This document shows, piece by piece, positions 33,150 through 44,540 of a stretch of DNA of 64,000 nucleotides (its first letter is position 1; every line of letters begins with the position of its first letter). The DNA is from Selaginella moellendorffii (Eukaryota; Plantae; Lycopodiophyta). Where the stretch lies: assembly GCF_000143415.4 (NCBI RefSeq), contig NW_003314312.1, positions 1,107,510-1,171,509 on the forward strand, in the 5' to 3' direction. Both the position numbers and the translations under genes were made by a program. A model generated the notes under the pieces. It saw nothing but the letters and a program-made list of their open reading frames with translations. It was not told the DNA's origin and did not search any database.

Positions 33150-35213
33150 TCAGCTCACTTCGCCTTCCACATATATGTTACACAACAGCATGTAGTGAGC
33201 CGCAGCTCGAGGATCCATCTCAAAAACCTTGCTTGCAACTCGCGATCCACGCTCCAGATCCCCATGAGTTCTACAGCCACCGAGTAGAGTCGTCCATGGA
33301 ACGCAGTCGGGCTCGAGTGGCATTCGAGTGACAAGTTCCTCAGCTTCTTCCAGATGACCCGCTCGGCAGAGAACGTCGACGATGCAGTGGTAGTGCTCCA
33401 GCGCTGGCTCCACCTCCGTTGCGTGATCGGAGCTCATTGATACGAACTGGTGCAAGCTCTTCTCCACCATGCCGGTGTGACTACACGAGTGCAAGACGGA
33501 GATGAAGGTGATCTCGTCGGCATCAATCCCGTCTTGGTTCATCTGCCAGAATGTCTCCAGTGCCTCCTTGGACTGTCCGTTGCAAGCGTGAGCTTCGATC
33601 ATCGCAGTCCACGACGACGGATCTCTGCTTTCCAAAGAGTTGAACAGCTCTCTCGACTGATCCAAGCACCCCTTGTGAGCGTACGCGACGATCATCGCAT
33701 TGAGGTTCTCCCACTCCGGCATCTTCTCGAGAAGATCAAATGCCAGCGCTGGGTAGTTGTTCTGTGTGCAAGCTGCCACCATTACGGCCCAGCAGCTCTT
33801 GTCCCTGTGAACCATGCCGTCGAAGATCGCTCTAGCTTCGCAGACATGCCCGCTTTGGGCATAGGCGTGCACCATTGCAGTGCACGAGACGACGTTGTGC
33901 TCTGGAATCCTGTCGAAGATATCTTTCGAGTCGTAAGAGTTCCCAGCTCGAGCATAACCAGCGACCAAAACCGACCACGGGATCACGCACTTCCTCGGCA
34001 TCTGTGAGAACAAGTCGAAGGCCTCTCGAAGATAACCGTTCCGAGCGTACGCCTCGATCATAGTCGTCCAGGCAACCGAATCCTTCACCGCCATCTCGTC
34101 AAACAAGTCGCGTGCCTCGCGGACGAGCCCCGAGTCGCCACAAGCGGCGATCATCGCAGTCGACAGCATCACGTCGCGATGCCGCATAGAGTTGAAAAGA
34201 AACCTCGCTCGATCCAGGGAACTCGCGGTGATCATCGCAGTGCAAGCGTCGAGAGTGAGGTTGTCCACCGTGAGTGAGTCAAGCATCGTCTCGGCCTCGG
34301 CAATGTGGCCATTCTGCGCGTACACGATGATCATGAAGTTGGCCACGCCTTCTTCCTCCACTGGAATTCGCTCGTAGAGCTCTCTCGTCGCCTTGAGATG
34401 CCCGTTCTGGGCATATGCCGTGAGCATAGCCTTCCAGGCAACGACGTCCTTCTCGGGCATGGAATCAAACACCTCTTTCGCGTCGAGGATCTGGCCGCGC
34501 TGCCCATAAGCTGTGATCATCGCTGTCCAGGACACGCAATTCGCCTGGGGTGTGTTATCCAGCATCCCTCTTCCAGTATCAAGATGCCCCCCTTGGGCAA
34601 ATGCTACGATCATGGAGCTCCAAGACACCGAATCCCACTGCGGCATCCTCGCAAAGATCTGGGCAGCGAGAGGGACATCGCCGATCTGCGCGTGGGCGAC
34701 GAGAAGCACCGTCCAGGAAACCACGTCTGGATGTGGCATCACATCGAAGAGGGCTTTGGCCTGATCGACGAGCCCTGCCTTGGCGTATGCCGAGATCATC
34801 AGCCTCCAGCTGACGAGCGTGCGATCCGGCCAGGAATCGAAGAGATCTCGCGCTTGATCGATGTAGCCATTGTCGGTGTAGGCCTGGATCATGATATTTC
34901 CAGTGTAGCAGTTCTTGCTCGCCATTTCCTGGAAGATCTGCCTCGCTTCGTGGACGCGGCCACATTTCCCATACATTGTGATGAGGAGATTGGAGAGAAA
35001 GACATTGCGGCGATGCTTGCCTTGGAGAATGCGGGCATGAATCTCTCGTCCCCGCGCGAGATCCTTCAGCTTGGCGCAAGAAGTGAGAATCCTGGCGCAT
35101 TGCTGAACCTCCGATTCACAGGCGAAGCGATTTTGTGCAATGGCATCGCCGAGGGATCGCTTAGCCGGCTCTTCGAATCCCAGAGCCCTAGCAATCCGCC
35201 ATAGCTGGAACAT
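33150..35213 (-). CDS. PLS-class PPR protein with E domain, intronless
   Basis: Transit-peptide-like start, LSNLLITMYGKCG, PPR repeats, HYHCIVDVLCRAG..WTTLLGGCRTH..YMLLCNIY. Confidence 0.94.
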   Translation of the reverse strand: MFQLWRIARALGFEEPAKRSLGDAIAQNRFACESEVQQCARILTSCAKLKDLARGREIHARILQGKHRRNVFLSNLLITMYGKCGRVHEARQIFQEMASKNCYTGNIMIQAYTDNGYIDQARDLFDSWPDRTLVSWRLMISAYAKAGLVDQAKALFDVMPHPDVVSWTVLLVAHAQIGDVPLAAQIFARMPQWDSVSWSSMIVAFAQGGHLDTGRGMLDNTPQANCVSWTAMITAYGQRGQILDAKEVFDSMPEKDVVAWKAMLTAYAQNGHLKATRELYERIPVEEEGVANFMIIVYAQNGHIAEAETMLDSLTVDNLTLDACTAMITASSLDRARFLFNSMRHRDVMLSTAMIAACGDSGLVREARDLFDEMAVKDSVAWTTMIEAYARNGYLREAFDLFSQMPRKCVIPWSVLVAGYARAGNSYDSKDIFDRIPEHNVVSCTAMVHAYAQSGHVCEARAIFDGMVHRDKSCWAVMVAACTQNNYPALAFDLLEKMPEWENLNAMIVAYAHKGCLDQSRELFNSLESRDPSSWTAMIEAHACNGQSKEALETFWQMNQDGIDADEITFISVLHSCSHTGMVEKSLHQFVSMSSDHATEVEPALEHYHCIVDVLCRAGHLEEAEELVTRMPLEPDCVPWTTLLGGCRTHGDLERGSRVASKVFEMDPRAAAHYMLLCNIYVEGEVS

Positions 35214-35564
35214 CCATTCTTTCGAGAGCTAGAGGTAACGGAATATGCCACCGCACAGCTGCTAACGGAATATGCCACGGCACATAACGCTAACGACAAT
35301 AAGGGGCCGTGGGCAGCAAACCCTAGGGGGCCCTTGGCGGAGCGAGAAGGGGTGTGGCGGCGTCGATCACCGGTGAGTCCTGTGCCACATCCTGACTGCT
35401 GTCTCGCAAAGATCGCTGGTTAGATCGCCCGGAGAGTCTAGGGTTTTGTCGCTCTCTCCCTGTTAGATCTTCCTCATCGCGCCACTAGCGTGAGCGGCGG
35501 CGTCACTGCACTGCCTGATAGCGGTTTTGTGAAGCGATTCACCTGACGCAGCGTTCTTATCTCC

Positions 35565-36938
35565 ATGGGGAAGAAGAAGAAAAAGGTTTTTAAGGTGTGG
35601 TGCTACTACTGCGAGAGGGAGTTCGATGATGAGAAAATCCTCATCCAGCACCAGAAGGCCAAGCATTTCAAATGCCATGTCTGTCACAAGAAGCTCTCCA
35701 CTGCCGGAGGAATGGTTGTCCATGTTTTGCAGGTCCACAAGGAGTCCATCACCAAGTAAGGATTTCTCCTTCTCTTTCATATGTTCTCTAAATTTCTTTC
35801 GCTTCTTTGCAGGGTTCCAAATGCAAAACCGGAAAGGGAGTCCACAGAGATCGAGATTTATGGCATGGATGGAATTCCTCCGGAGCTACTAGCTAATCAC
35901 GGAGAGGACGGTTTTGATGGTATGAAATCTTTCATTTTTAAAGTTTACTCACTCTCGTTTTCTCCTTCGTGTAGACGACGAGAGGTCTGGGAAGTATCCC
36001 AAGATCGATTATGGTGCTAATGCCTATGGTATGGTCTCGCAGCAACCAGTGTATCCTCCGGTCCCCTCGTAAGTTTTTCTTTTTCTTTCCTTTTCCAGAG
36101 CTTTATAACTTACGCACATCTCTTTTGTCGCAGCTATGGAGCTCAGCCGCCAATGATGCCTCCTCCTGCGACTTCACAGGGATGGTACTCCATGCCTATG
36201 CAGCCTCAGCCTCCTGGTCCACCTCCTGTGGGGAGACCTCCACAGCCGCTGTTTCCAATCCAGTCACAGACCCAGCTTCCCTCGCAACCTTTGTTTCCGA
36301 TCAAGCCAGTCACTCACATCCCGCCCGCTTATCCTGTTCCACAACCAGTGTCAGCCCCCTCGGACGTCGTTGCACCGCCAGTTTCTTTGCCACCGATTAC
36401 TCCAAGGCCTCCAGGAGCGCCGGCTGCGAATGAAGTTTATCTTGTCTGGGACGACGAGGCATTGTCCATGGTAAAGTTTCAGTTTTTCTTTGCTTTTCTA
36501 GACGATCTAACGTTGTTTGTGTGATTCATCTCAGGAGGAACGGAGGCTTTGCTTGCCACAATACCAGGTTGTTGACGAGACTCTCCAGGTAAGTCGCCAT
36601 TCACTTTGCATTCTAGAGTCGTTTCCTGTCCAGGTAAGTACTTAAAAAGCCTGTGTGTGAGGATGGGAATGGTGGTTTGTGCTTGAGATAACAATTTGGC
36701 CCCGCGCGCGCAGTGATGGCACACGATGTGGAAAAAAAATTTGTATCATCCGATTAAGGTTCTTAGTTCCTCATTAGAACTAGACTCTAGCTTTACTGAC
36801 AAAATGGTTTTTTTCTCGCGGCTGCGTTTGGCAAGACTGATCCTTTGGTTCGCTGTGCAGATGAATTCTGTGGATGCAGCCATCGACAGGAGGATCTTAG
36901 AAGGGAGACTGGCCGGAAGGATGGCTTTCAAGGTATAA
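35565..36938 (+). CDS. SUF4: SUPPRESSOR OF FRI 4 / ZNF207 (BuGZ)-like zinc-finger protein
   Basis: [60 protein letters not shown], Pro-rich middle, [31 protein letters not shown]. Confidence 0.95.
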
Positions 36939-37696
36939 AACGCGAGAAAGAAGCTCTTAGTCTAAAATAACCTTTGATTTATTAAATGGAAGAGTAAAAC
37001 TATTTGGTTCGTTTAGAACCGTCAGATTGGTCAAGTTTGTCAAAGGTCAAATATGGTCAATGTTTGATGTTGGTCCGTCAGATTCGCTACGTTTGAAACC
37101 GTTGGATTGTCAAGTCATGTTTGCCCTAATCCTGGAAGGGCGATTGGAGAATGCGACGAACACCTCTGCCGCTCATCGCCGGCGCGGTGCTGTAAGTGAA
37201 GCAAATGCGTGATTGATTGATGGCTTTGGGAACTCTAGGGCGGGCGTAGTGTCGGGGAATTACGTTTTCAAGCAAGATCTCCAGCGATACTGGAGCGAGA
37301 AGCAAAAGGAAGCACTGGAATCGCCCACTAGCGATCAATCCCAAGGACGTAGCGACCCATCGCAAGAACACAGCGATGAAGCGCTCGAAAATTCGTCCCC
37401 GGCGGATCAATCGCAGAAGACGATGGTATAAACCCTAAAGCCTGCCAGCTGGCCTTTTGTACACGTGGCGGAAGTCTAGTGGAGGCATCATGTGTCTCTT
37501 TTACCTTTTGTCTTTGCTCTCTTTTTTCATCATCGGCGAAACCCTAAGGCAAATTTTCAGGGATCTGGGACGGGGCGCTCCATCCTCGTCGATCGACCGG
37601 CGAGAGCTCCAGGTAGCGTGAATTCCCCCCTCCGCGACGATTGCTGGATTGGCGTGCGAGAGTTTTGGGGGATTTCTCGCTCAATGCGAGAGTGAA

Positions 37697-39772
37697 ATGG
37701 CCATTAGGGAAGCGAGTGAATCCAGAGCAAGCATTCTATCGAGCCGGCACCACAAGATTCTGGTCAGATTGATGGTGAGGTTGAGTGAACAGTATCTTCG
37801 ATCCCAGAGAAAGAGGGAAGAGGTCTCGGCGGAGGCGAGCGACTGTCAGGTGGCGGAGTGGACGGGCGACGATGCGTATTTCTTGCGCGATCGCGAGAGC
37901 GGCAGTCACTGGAAGAGGACCAAGAGCAATCACTCCTGCAAGAGGCCGAGAATCGACGAAGAGGTGGGCAGTAGCTGCAGTAGTATGGATGGAATTCCGG
38001 ACGAAATCCTGGTAGTGATATTTGGATCGATCCTCTCGGCTCGAGACCGCTCTAGCTGCGCTTCGGTGTGTAGAAGATGGCTCATGCTACTTACGCATAT
38101 GCCTCGGCAAGAACTTCCGCGAGAGGTATGTTCAGAGGACTCGGACGACGCAGTGAATCAGCCGTGTAGAGCAGGCTCGGCTCCACAGGAAGAAGTTTGG
38201 ACGCTGGAGAAGCAGCCTCACTGGGCTCTCGGTGATCTCTCTCGGTGTCTGGAAGGAAAGAAAGCCACAGACGTCCGGCTGGCCGCCATCGCTGTTGGAA
38301 CAGGTGCTCACGGTGGTCTCGGAAAGTTGGTCATTCGAGGAGGACCTGGTGAGCGCTCTGCGAAGGGTGTCACTGATATCGGGCTGACGACCATCGGGAT
38401 TTGCTGCAATGCTTTGAGGGGGCTCACGCTGTGGGATTGTCCAAACGTTGGAGATAGCTCGCTGGAGAGCATTGCTAGAGGTTGCCGGCTTCTCCAGAGC
38501 TTGGACCTTCTCAAGTGTCCCAACGTCAGCGATGCTGGATTGGAGGCGGTGTCCAGGGGATGCTTGCGGCTGTCCAACTTGAGCATCGAGTCTTGCGACG
38601 GGATTGGGAATGCCGGTATCAAGGCGATTGCGAAGAGCTGCTGTTACCTCCAGACGCTTTCGCTAAGCAGGTGTTCCAACATCAACAGCCACGCGATAAC
38701 GTCGGTAAGCAAGCACTGCGTAGCTCTGAAAAAGCTCAAGCTGGAAAAGATTGGAATCAACGACCGGGGCCTGGCATTTCTTACGCATCACTGCAAGTCG
38801 CTTACAAAGCTGGTTTTTTCGGGGCTAGACGTGACGCAGGAAGGTTTCATCAGCCTTGCACTTCCGGACGGCCTGAAGTATCTCAAAGTGATCGTTCTAA
38901 ATGCCTGCCATGGAGTCACGGACCAGTTTTTGTCGAGCCTGGGAAAATCATGCAGCTACCTGAACAGGCTGCTGCTCATCGACTGCGACAACATTACCGA
39001 TCAGGGACTTTGCGCATTCGTGGATGGCTGCCAGCGTTTGAGGGGACTGCACATAGAGAAGTGCCGGAGCATCACGTATGCTGGCCTGGCTTCCGTCCTG
39101 ACAACCACCGCTGAGACGCTCAAGAGTCTCCAGGTTTGCAAGTGCTCTGGGATTCAAGACTCCAGCTTGACGGCTTCCGCATCTTTCAAATGCTCCGGCC
39201 TCAAGTCGCTGGTTGTCAATCACTCGGAAGGGATCGGAAACAGGTGTCTGGAGATGGCTGGATTCGTCTTCCCTGCGGTTCAGCACTTGGACCTTTGTGG
39301 GATCAGCAAGCTCAGCGACACGGGACTGTTAGCGTTTCTAGAGACCAGTGGCTCGAGCTTAGTCTTCCTCAACCTTAGCGACTGCGTTGAGCTAACAGAC
39401 AAGGCAATAGTTGGCGTCTCGCGGAAGTGCTTCGAGCTACAGACAGTGATACTGGACGGCTGTGTCAAGGTTAGCGACAAGAGCGTGGGGGTCTTAGCCA
39501 GCCAGTGCAGGTCTTTACAAGAACTGGACGTGTCCAATTGTTCCATCACCGACGATGGTATTGTCGCGGTGGTGATCTCCGTCGGACCGACTCTCAAGAC
39601 GCTGTCCTTGTCCGGTTGCAGCCGCGTGACGGACGAGTCACTGCCAACGATCCAGAAGATGTGCGATTCTTTGACAGCTCTGAATCTCAAGAACTGTAGC
39701 GGCTTTACAGCGGCGGCCCTGGAGAAGTTCGTGTCGGATCTGGGGACGCGTTGTGACATACTCATGCCGTAG
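37697..39772 (+). CDS. EBF: EIN3-binding F-box (EBF-type) F-box/LRR protein
   Basis: F-box IPDEILVVIF..RSSCASVCRRWLMLL, LSRCLEGKKATDVRLAAIAVGT..GGLGKLVIRG, Cys-containing LRRs, ends CDIL; true start uncertain. Confidence 0.92.
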   Translation: MAIREASESRASILSSRHHKILVRLMVRLSEQYLRSQRKREEVSAEASDCQVAEWTGDDAYFLRDRESGSHWKRTKSNHSCKRPRIDEEVGSSCSSMDGIPDEILVVIFGSILSARDRSSCASVCRRWLMLLTHMPRQELPREVCSEDSDDAVNQPCRAGSAPQEEVWTLEKQPHWALGDLSRCLEGKKATDVRLAAIAVGTGAHGGLGKLVIRGGPGERSAKGVTDIGLTTIGICCNALRGLTLWDCPNVGDSSLESIARGCRLLQSLDLLKCPNVSDAGLEAVSRGCLRLSNLSIESCDGIGNAGIKAIAKSCCYLQTLSLSRCSNINSHAITSVSKHCVALKKLKLEKIGINDRGLAFLTHHCKSLTKLVFSGLDVTQEGFISLALPDGLKYLKVIVLNACHGVTDQFLSSLGKSCSYLNRLLLIDCDNITDQGLCAFVDGCQRLRGLHIEKCRSITYAGLASVLTTTAETLKSLQVCKCSGIQDSSLTASASFKCSGLKSLVVNHSEGIGNRCLEMAGFVFPAVQHLDLCGISKLSDTGLLAFLETSGSSLVFLNLSDCVELTDKAIVGVSRKCFELQTVILDGCVKVSDKSVGVLASQCRSLQELDVSNCSITDDGIVAVVISVGPTLKTLSLSGCSRVTDESLPTIQKMCDSLTALNLKNCSGFTAAALEKFVSDLGTRCDILMP

Positions 39773-41226
39773 AACACGAGGATCAACAAGCAGCACACCA
39801 CCACACAGAGGTGCGTCTTCTTTTTACTTGTTTTTCTTTCGCAGCTCCTGATTTTTCCTCTTTGCTTTTCTTTAGTCTGTCTGGAGCAGAGCAAGCAGCA
39901 GCAGCGAGCAGCGAGCAGTGACAACTTGATCGTCTCCGTGCGACGCGAGCAAACACCCTAAGCTATGTTTTGCTGCGTTCATCCACATGGTCTTCCTTGC
40001 ATTTGAGCAGGCCTTGTGACGTCGTGGTGCTGTACAAAGACTCCAGGCTTTTCTCGTACAGATTACACAGGCTATTAAACATCACAACAATCGATTTGTT
40101 CAGCTTAAGCAAGAAGAAGCTTCGTAAGCTCTGTAAGTTTTTTTTCTTCTTTGGAGCTTTACATTTCCGTTCCAGCAGAGTGTCTAGTTTTCGTCACAAC
40201 AACCAAGCAACCACCAACAAATCTCACGCTTTTTGTTTTTTGTTTTGTCCAGGGGCCCCGAGAAGGGGAAGAAGAAAAAGAGTCCGAGATGGAGAGTCCG
40301 AGCTCGTCTCGTCCGAATGGAAACAAACAAGCACTCATGCGAGTTTGACTCCATCCAACTCCAAGCGAGTTAGAAAAATGCCTAGAGTTTCCATTGTCCA
40401 AGGCGGCGAAGACGATGCATTGCCAACACGCTATGGATTTGACGACAAGAGTTTCTTGCCACGAGTAAACAAAGGCAAAAGGCTAGCTCTAGGAAAATGT
40501 TAGAAGGGCCACGGATATTCGCCTGCGTGGGCCAGGAAGATTCGATCTTTCACCACCTTTCAATGGTGGGCGCCCAAACATTTAAGCACCACCACCGAGG
40601 ATATAAAAATAAAGGCTCGCAAACCATGGGTGTGGCAATGATGAATTCCATTCGAATATTTTCCATTCCATCCATTTAAATGGGGTGGAATTGGCGCCGT
40701 ACGAGCATGGCCATGAATGCCACTGGCCCAAACTCCACCAAACCTACAGCGTTCTTTGGAGTCAGCGCACCGAGCTCTGGGCAAATTTCTTGCAGTTCTT
40801 CCTCTCTTTCCTTGTTTGTTTCCACCGAGATTCGCTTGGGATGGAAGCGAGCGAGAGGAAAAAATGGGAGATTCGCGGCCTTGCTTAGCAATGTGGTAAG
40901 CGAATCACGCCATTCGCATGAGAGATTTCTCGGCTGCTGAGCTGTTCTCCATTGTCTCGCCGCTGTTAGGGTTCTTGACGAGAGGCGCTGGGATTGCCGA
41001 CGCAGGGCAGCGTAATTCGTCCATTCCGCCAGCGCCATTCAATCGCATTCAAAGAGGGAGGCTCGCGAGGTCCAGATCGATCGGATTTATGAGAGTTTGT
41101 GCGAGGAATTGACTCCAGTTCGTCGGTAGCGCCAGAGCGGAGACAGGAGAAAGGGAAGCCCCAAGCCGAGGGCTCACGCTTCTCTCGTTTCTTGGAGCTC
41201 CGGTCGGCCGGGGGATCCCGGCGCTC

Positions 41227-41387
41227 GGCGGCGCCAGAAATTTCGAGGCATCGATCCATCGGCAGCGATATTTCGAGGGAATTCGGGAAGAACACAGGTA
41301 GGGGGAAAGATCACCCCTCCAGGCGCGCGGCGGCGCCAGAAATCGCGAGGCATCGATCCATCGGCAGCGATATTTCGAGGGATTTCG
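41227..41387 (+). repeat. ~60-bp direct repeat (period ~102 bp) upstream of the RLK
   Basis: GGCGGCGCCAGAAAT..CGAGGCATCGATCCATCGGCAGCGATATTTCGAGGGA.TTCG twice. Confidence 0.9.
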
Positions 41388-41484
41388 TCGCAAGAACAAG
41401 GTAGGAGCGCCAAAGAATCAATGCAACAGTCGCGAGGAGCATGATCTTCGGCGACGCATTGGCAGGCACAGAAGCATCGTCGCC

Positions 41485-44349
41485 ATGGCTCGGCGGATCA
41501 TCGCCGCGGTCCACCAGCACCGCAACGCTTCCAGCGCCAGGCTCGGGCAGCACAAAGAATCATCGTCGCCGCCGGGGCTCCTCGAGCAGCAGGCGGCATC
41601 GAATCAGCGCCGCAGCCAGCGGCGTCCCACCGCGGCAATCGTGTCGTCGGCCGTGGGGGCGGGATTTCTCCTCCTGGTGCTCGTCCTCGTGATCTTGGTG
41701 TACCGCCGGGTGAAGAGATCCAGCGCCCGGACGATCAGCCCAGCGTCGGAGCAGCAAAGCCCCATCCGGCTGCGGCGATTCTCCTACCGCGAGCTAAGAT
41801 CCGCGACTGGACGATTCAGCGACAGCCACAAGCTCGGGCAGGGAGGATTTGGCTCGGTGTTCAAGGGGACGCTCAAGAACGGGCAGCACATCGCGGTGAA
41901 GAAGCTCGACACGGCATCGCTCCAGGGCGAGCGCGAGTTCATGAACGAGCTGTCGATCATGGGGAGCATGGCCAGCAGCCCGTTCGTGGTGGGATTGATC
42001 GGCTTCTGCGCGGATTCCAAGCGCAAGATGCTCGTCTACGAGTTCATGGCCAACCGGAGCCTCCAGGAGATCCTCTTCGACGAGAAGCACAGCGTGGTGC
42101 TCCAGTGGGAGCGGCGGGCCAAGATCGTGGCGGATGTGGCGAGGGCGCTGGCGTTTCTTCACGGGAAATGCGAGCCCCCGATTGTCCACGGCGATGTCAA
42201 GCCCAGCAATGTGCTGCTAGGGGCGGATTTCGGGGCCAAGCTCGCGGATTTTGGGCTGGCCAGGGTCAAGACGCAGGAATCGGCGGCGGTGGACGAGCGG
42301 GAGCGCGTGAGATCGCAGCGCATCGCCAGGGATCGAGAGAGGAGGAGGAAGAAGGATCATCACCAGTCTAGGGCTCATCCGGCAACTAGGGTTCTTGAGC
42401 AGCACGAGGACGAGGAGAGCGATCCACCAGTGCTTCCAGATCGTGGAGCTCCTGCCACTGCCGCTTCTCCAGATCCGGTGGGCTCCGCCGACCACACGAC
42501 GATCAAGAATGTGGAGGAGGGCGACGAGAGGACGACCAACGAGAGATCTGGCGAGGAGTCGCAAGGATCGCCGGAGCTGCAGGCCGGTGATCCCGGCAGC
42601 AGCGACAGCAAATCTCCGGTGCTTTCGCCGAGCAAACAGGCCGCCGCGGATCACGAGAACGACGACTTTGGCAAGGTCTCTCGGGGCGGAGCTGCGACGC
42701 CGAGTAGCATTGGAGGCGGGCAGGACGACGACGAGGAGTGGAGCAAGCTGAGCCAGTCGGCGTATGGGACCGAGGCCGATACCTGGAGCAAGATCAGCCC
42801 CTCGGAGATCGATTGCCGGTCCGAGATAAGTTTCGATGGCACGGGGCAGGGACAGGCCGGGATCAAGAACTTCCTGGGAAGGAAGAAGCCTTGGGGGCAG
42901 AGGAAAGCGTCGGCTTCGCCAAGCTCTGGGAATGGGAAGAACACTAACAATGGGAGCCGAGACTGGTGGTGGAAACAGGAAAGCAGTGGTCAGCAGGGTG
43001 GTGGTGGTGGGGAGTTTAGCATCCGGGAGTATATCGTGGACTGGGTCTCGTGTGAGAACCGGCGAGGGAGGTCGAGGACTCGCGAGTGGCCTTGGAATGC
43101 AGCCAGCTCCGGTACCGCTGGTGCGGCGGCGGCTGGGACGAGTAGCGAGGGGAAGAACAACGTGAAGAAGAAGAAGAAGCAGGCGAGGTCCGGGAGCTTG
43201 GAGTGGTGGGCCGAGTGTGACGACGATGACGAGCTCGCGAAGAGGATCAAGGCGGAGCAGAAGCGGAAGAAGAAGTTGCGGAAGGAGCAGGAGAAGCTGG
43301 CGATGAGCGTGAGCAGGGAGAGTAGCAGGGATTGGTGGAGGAGAGATCGGGATCAGCCTGTGGAGTATCATGGTCCGGACGAGTTTAGTGGGGAGATATT
43401 GAAAAATGGTGGTGGAGGAGGCATCAAGCGGAGGAGCATGAGCGAGGAATCGTTTACTTTTTATCACTCCGGTGATTTTAACAACAGCAAGGCCGCCACC
43501 AACAGCGACACCAACATCAACACCAACGACACTAACAGCAACACCAACAATCCAAGCAATAGCATGGAACTGCTAGCAACCTTGGGCAACTCCGGTGGTG
43601 CTGCTGCTGCTCTTATCAACAGCGATGATCACAGCCGGAGACGGGTTAGAACTCGCAGCCGAGAGTGGTGGAGTGGTGAAATGCAGCGCGGCAAAGAGTG
43701 GTGGTCTGGAGAACTAACGAGCAACGAGACCAACAACAACAGGAAAGGTGGTAGGCTCTTTGAGACTTGGAGCAGGGAGTCACTGAGCGGGGAGCTAACG
43801 AGGCGCCGCCGCCGCGAGAGGTCGCGGTCGCATTCCCGGGACTGGTGGTCTGGCGATCTCGTCAGCCGCGTGAGCTCCACGCCGAGCATGCGCGGCACCG
43901 TGTGCTACGTCGCTCCAGAGTATGGTGGCGGTGGGGTGCTGACTGAGAAGTCGGATGTTTACAGCTTTGGGGTGCTGCTCCTAGTGGTGGTGTCGGGGCG
44001 GAGGCCATTGCAGGTGGTAGCGGCGCCGCTGAGCGAGTTTGAGCGAGCGAATCTCATATCCTGGGCTCGCCATGCTGCTCAAGCGGGGCGGGGGTTGGAT
44101 CTAGTGGACCCTCTTCTGGCCGGAGCCTACTCCAAGGAACAGGCAACGCTGTTTATATCTCTGGCGCTGCTGTGCCTCCAGAGGGTGCCGTCGCTCAGGC
44201 CTTCGATGAGTGACGTGGTGAAGATCTTCTCGGGAGAGGCCGAGCTGCCGGCTTTGCCGTTTGAGTTCTCACCTTCGCCACCGGGCTGCGGTTTCAAGTC
44301 GAGGAGGAAGGCTTCGGCGGAGCATGTCGCGGTGGACATGCCGTCGTGA
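41485..44349 (+). CDS. Membrane-anchored receptor-like kinase with split kinase domain (At2g45590/At4g25390-like), intronless
   Basis: TM helix, LRRFSY..LGQGGFG..VHGDVKPSNVLL..DFGLAR, long insert with DWWW/EWW motifs, SSTPSMRGTVCYVAPEYGGGG, PLSEFERANLISWAR, LPFEFSPSPP. Confidence 0.93.
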   Translation: MARRIIAAVHQHRNASSARLGQHKESSSPPGLLEQQAASNQRRSQRRPTAAIVSSAVGAGFLLLVLVLVILVYRRVKRSSARTISPASEQQSPIRLRRFSYRELRSATGRFSDSHKLGQGGFGSVFKGTLKNGQHIAVKKLDTASLQGEREFMNELSIMGSMASSPFVVGLIGFCADSKRKMLVYEFMANRSLQEILFDEKHSVVLQWERRAKIVADVARALAFLHGKCEPPIVHGDVKPSNVLLGADFGAKLADFGLARVKTQESAAVDERERVRSQRIARDRERRRKKDHHQSRAHPATRVLEQHEDEESDPPVLPDRGAPATAASPDPVGSADHTTIKNVEEGDERTTNERSGEESQGSPELQAGDPGSSDSKSPVLSPSKQAAADHENDDFGKVSRGGAATPSSIGGGQDDDEEWSKLSQSAYGTEADTWSKISPSEIDCRSEISFDGTGQGQAGIKNFLGRKKPWGQRKASASPSSGNGKNTNNGSRDWWWKQESSGQQGGGGGEFSIREYIVDWVSCENRRGRSRTREWPWNAASSGTAGAAAAGTSSEGKNNVKKKKKQARSGSLEWWAECDDDDELAKRIKAEQKRKKKLRKEQEKLAMSVSRESSRDWWRRDRDQPVEYHGPDEFSGEILKNGGGGGIKRRSMSEESFTFYHSGDFNNSKAATNSDTNINTNDTNSNTNNPSNSMELLATLGNSGGAAAALINSDDHSRRRVRTRSREWWSGEMQRGKEWWSGELTSNETNNNRKGGRLFETWSRESLSGELTRRRRRERSRSHSRDWWSGDLVSRVSSTPSMRGTVCYVAPEYGGGGVLTEKSDVYSFGVLLLVVVSGRRPLQVVAAPLSEFERANLISWARHAAQAGRGLDLVDPLLAGAYSKEQATLFISLALLCLQRVPSLRPSMSDVVKIFSGEAELPALPFEFSPSPPGCGFKSRRKASAEHVAVDMPS

Positions 44350-44540
44350 GAAGGGATTGATTGCTCGAGTGCTGCTACTTGCTGCGCGGATTCACAGCCA
44401 AACTGCTCGCTCGTCCACCAGGTAGAGTTTGTTTTTCGGGTTGGATGTCTCCACTGGTGCTAACTACTCCGTGTGGCAGATGTTCTTCGAGTACCAGAAG
44501 TGAAATGACTGGATTGGCCTCCACGAACTCGAAGATTCGT

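Noticed and set aside
35235-35296. 27-bp tandem repeat (TAACGGAATATGCCAC core) in the PPR/SUF4 divergent promoter
   Set aside because: Real but only ~2 copies and no function assignable from sequence
36600-36860. Intronic snoRNA in SUF4
   Set aside because: No convincing C/D (RTGATGA/CTGA with terminal stem) or H/ACA arrangement
39970-41400. Several short ORFs between EBF and the RLK
   Set aside because: No domain similarity or consistent exon chain; likely UTR or promoter sequence
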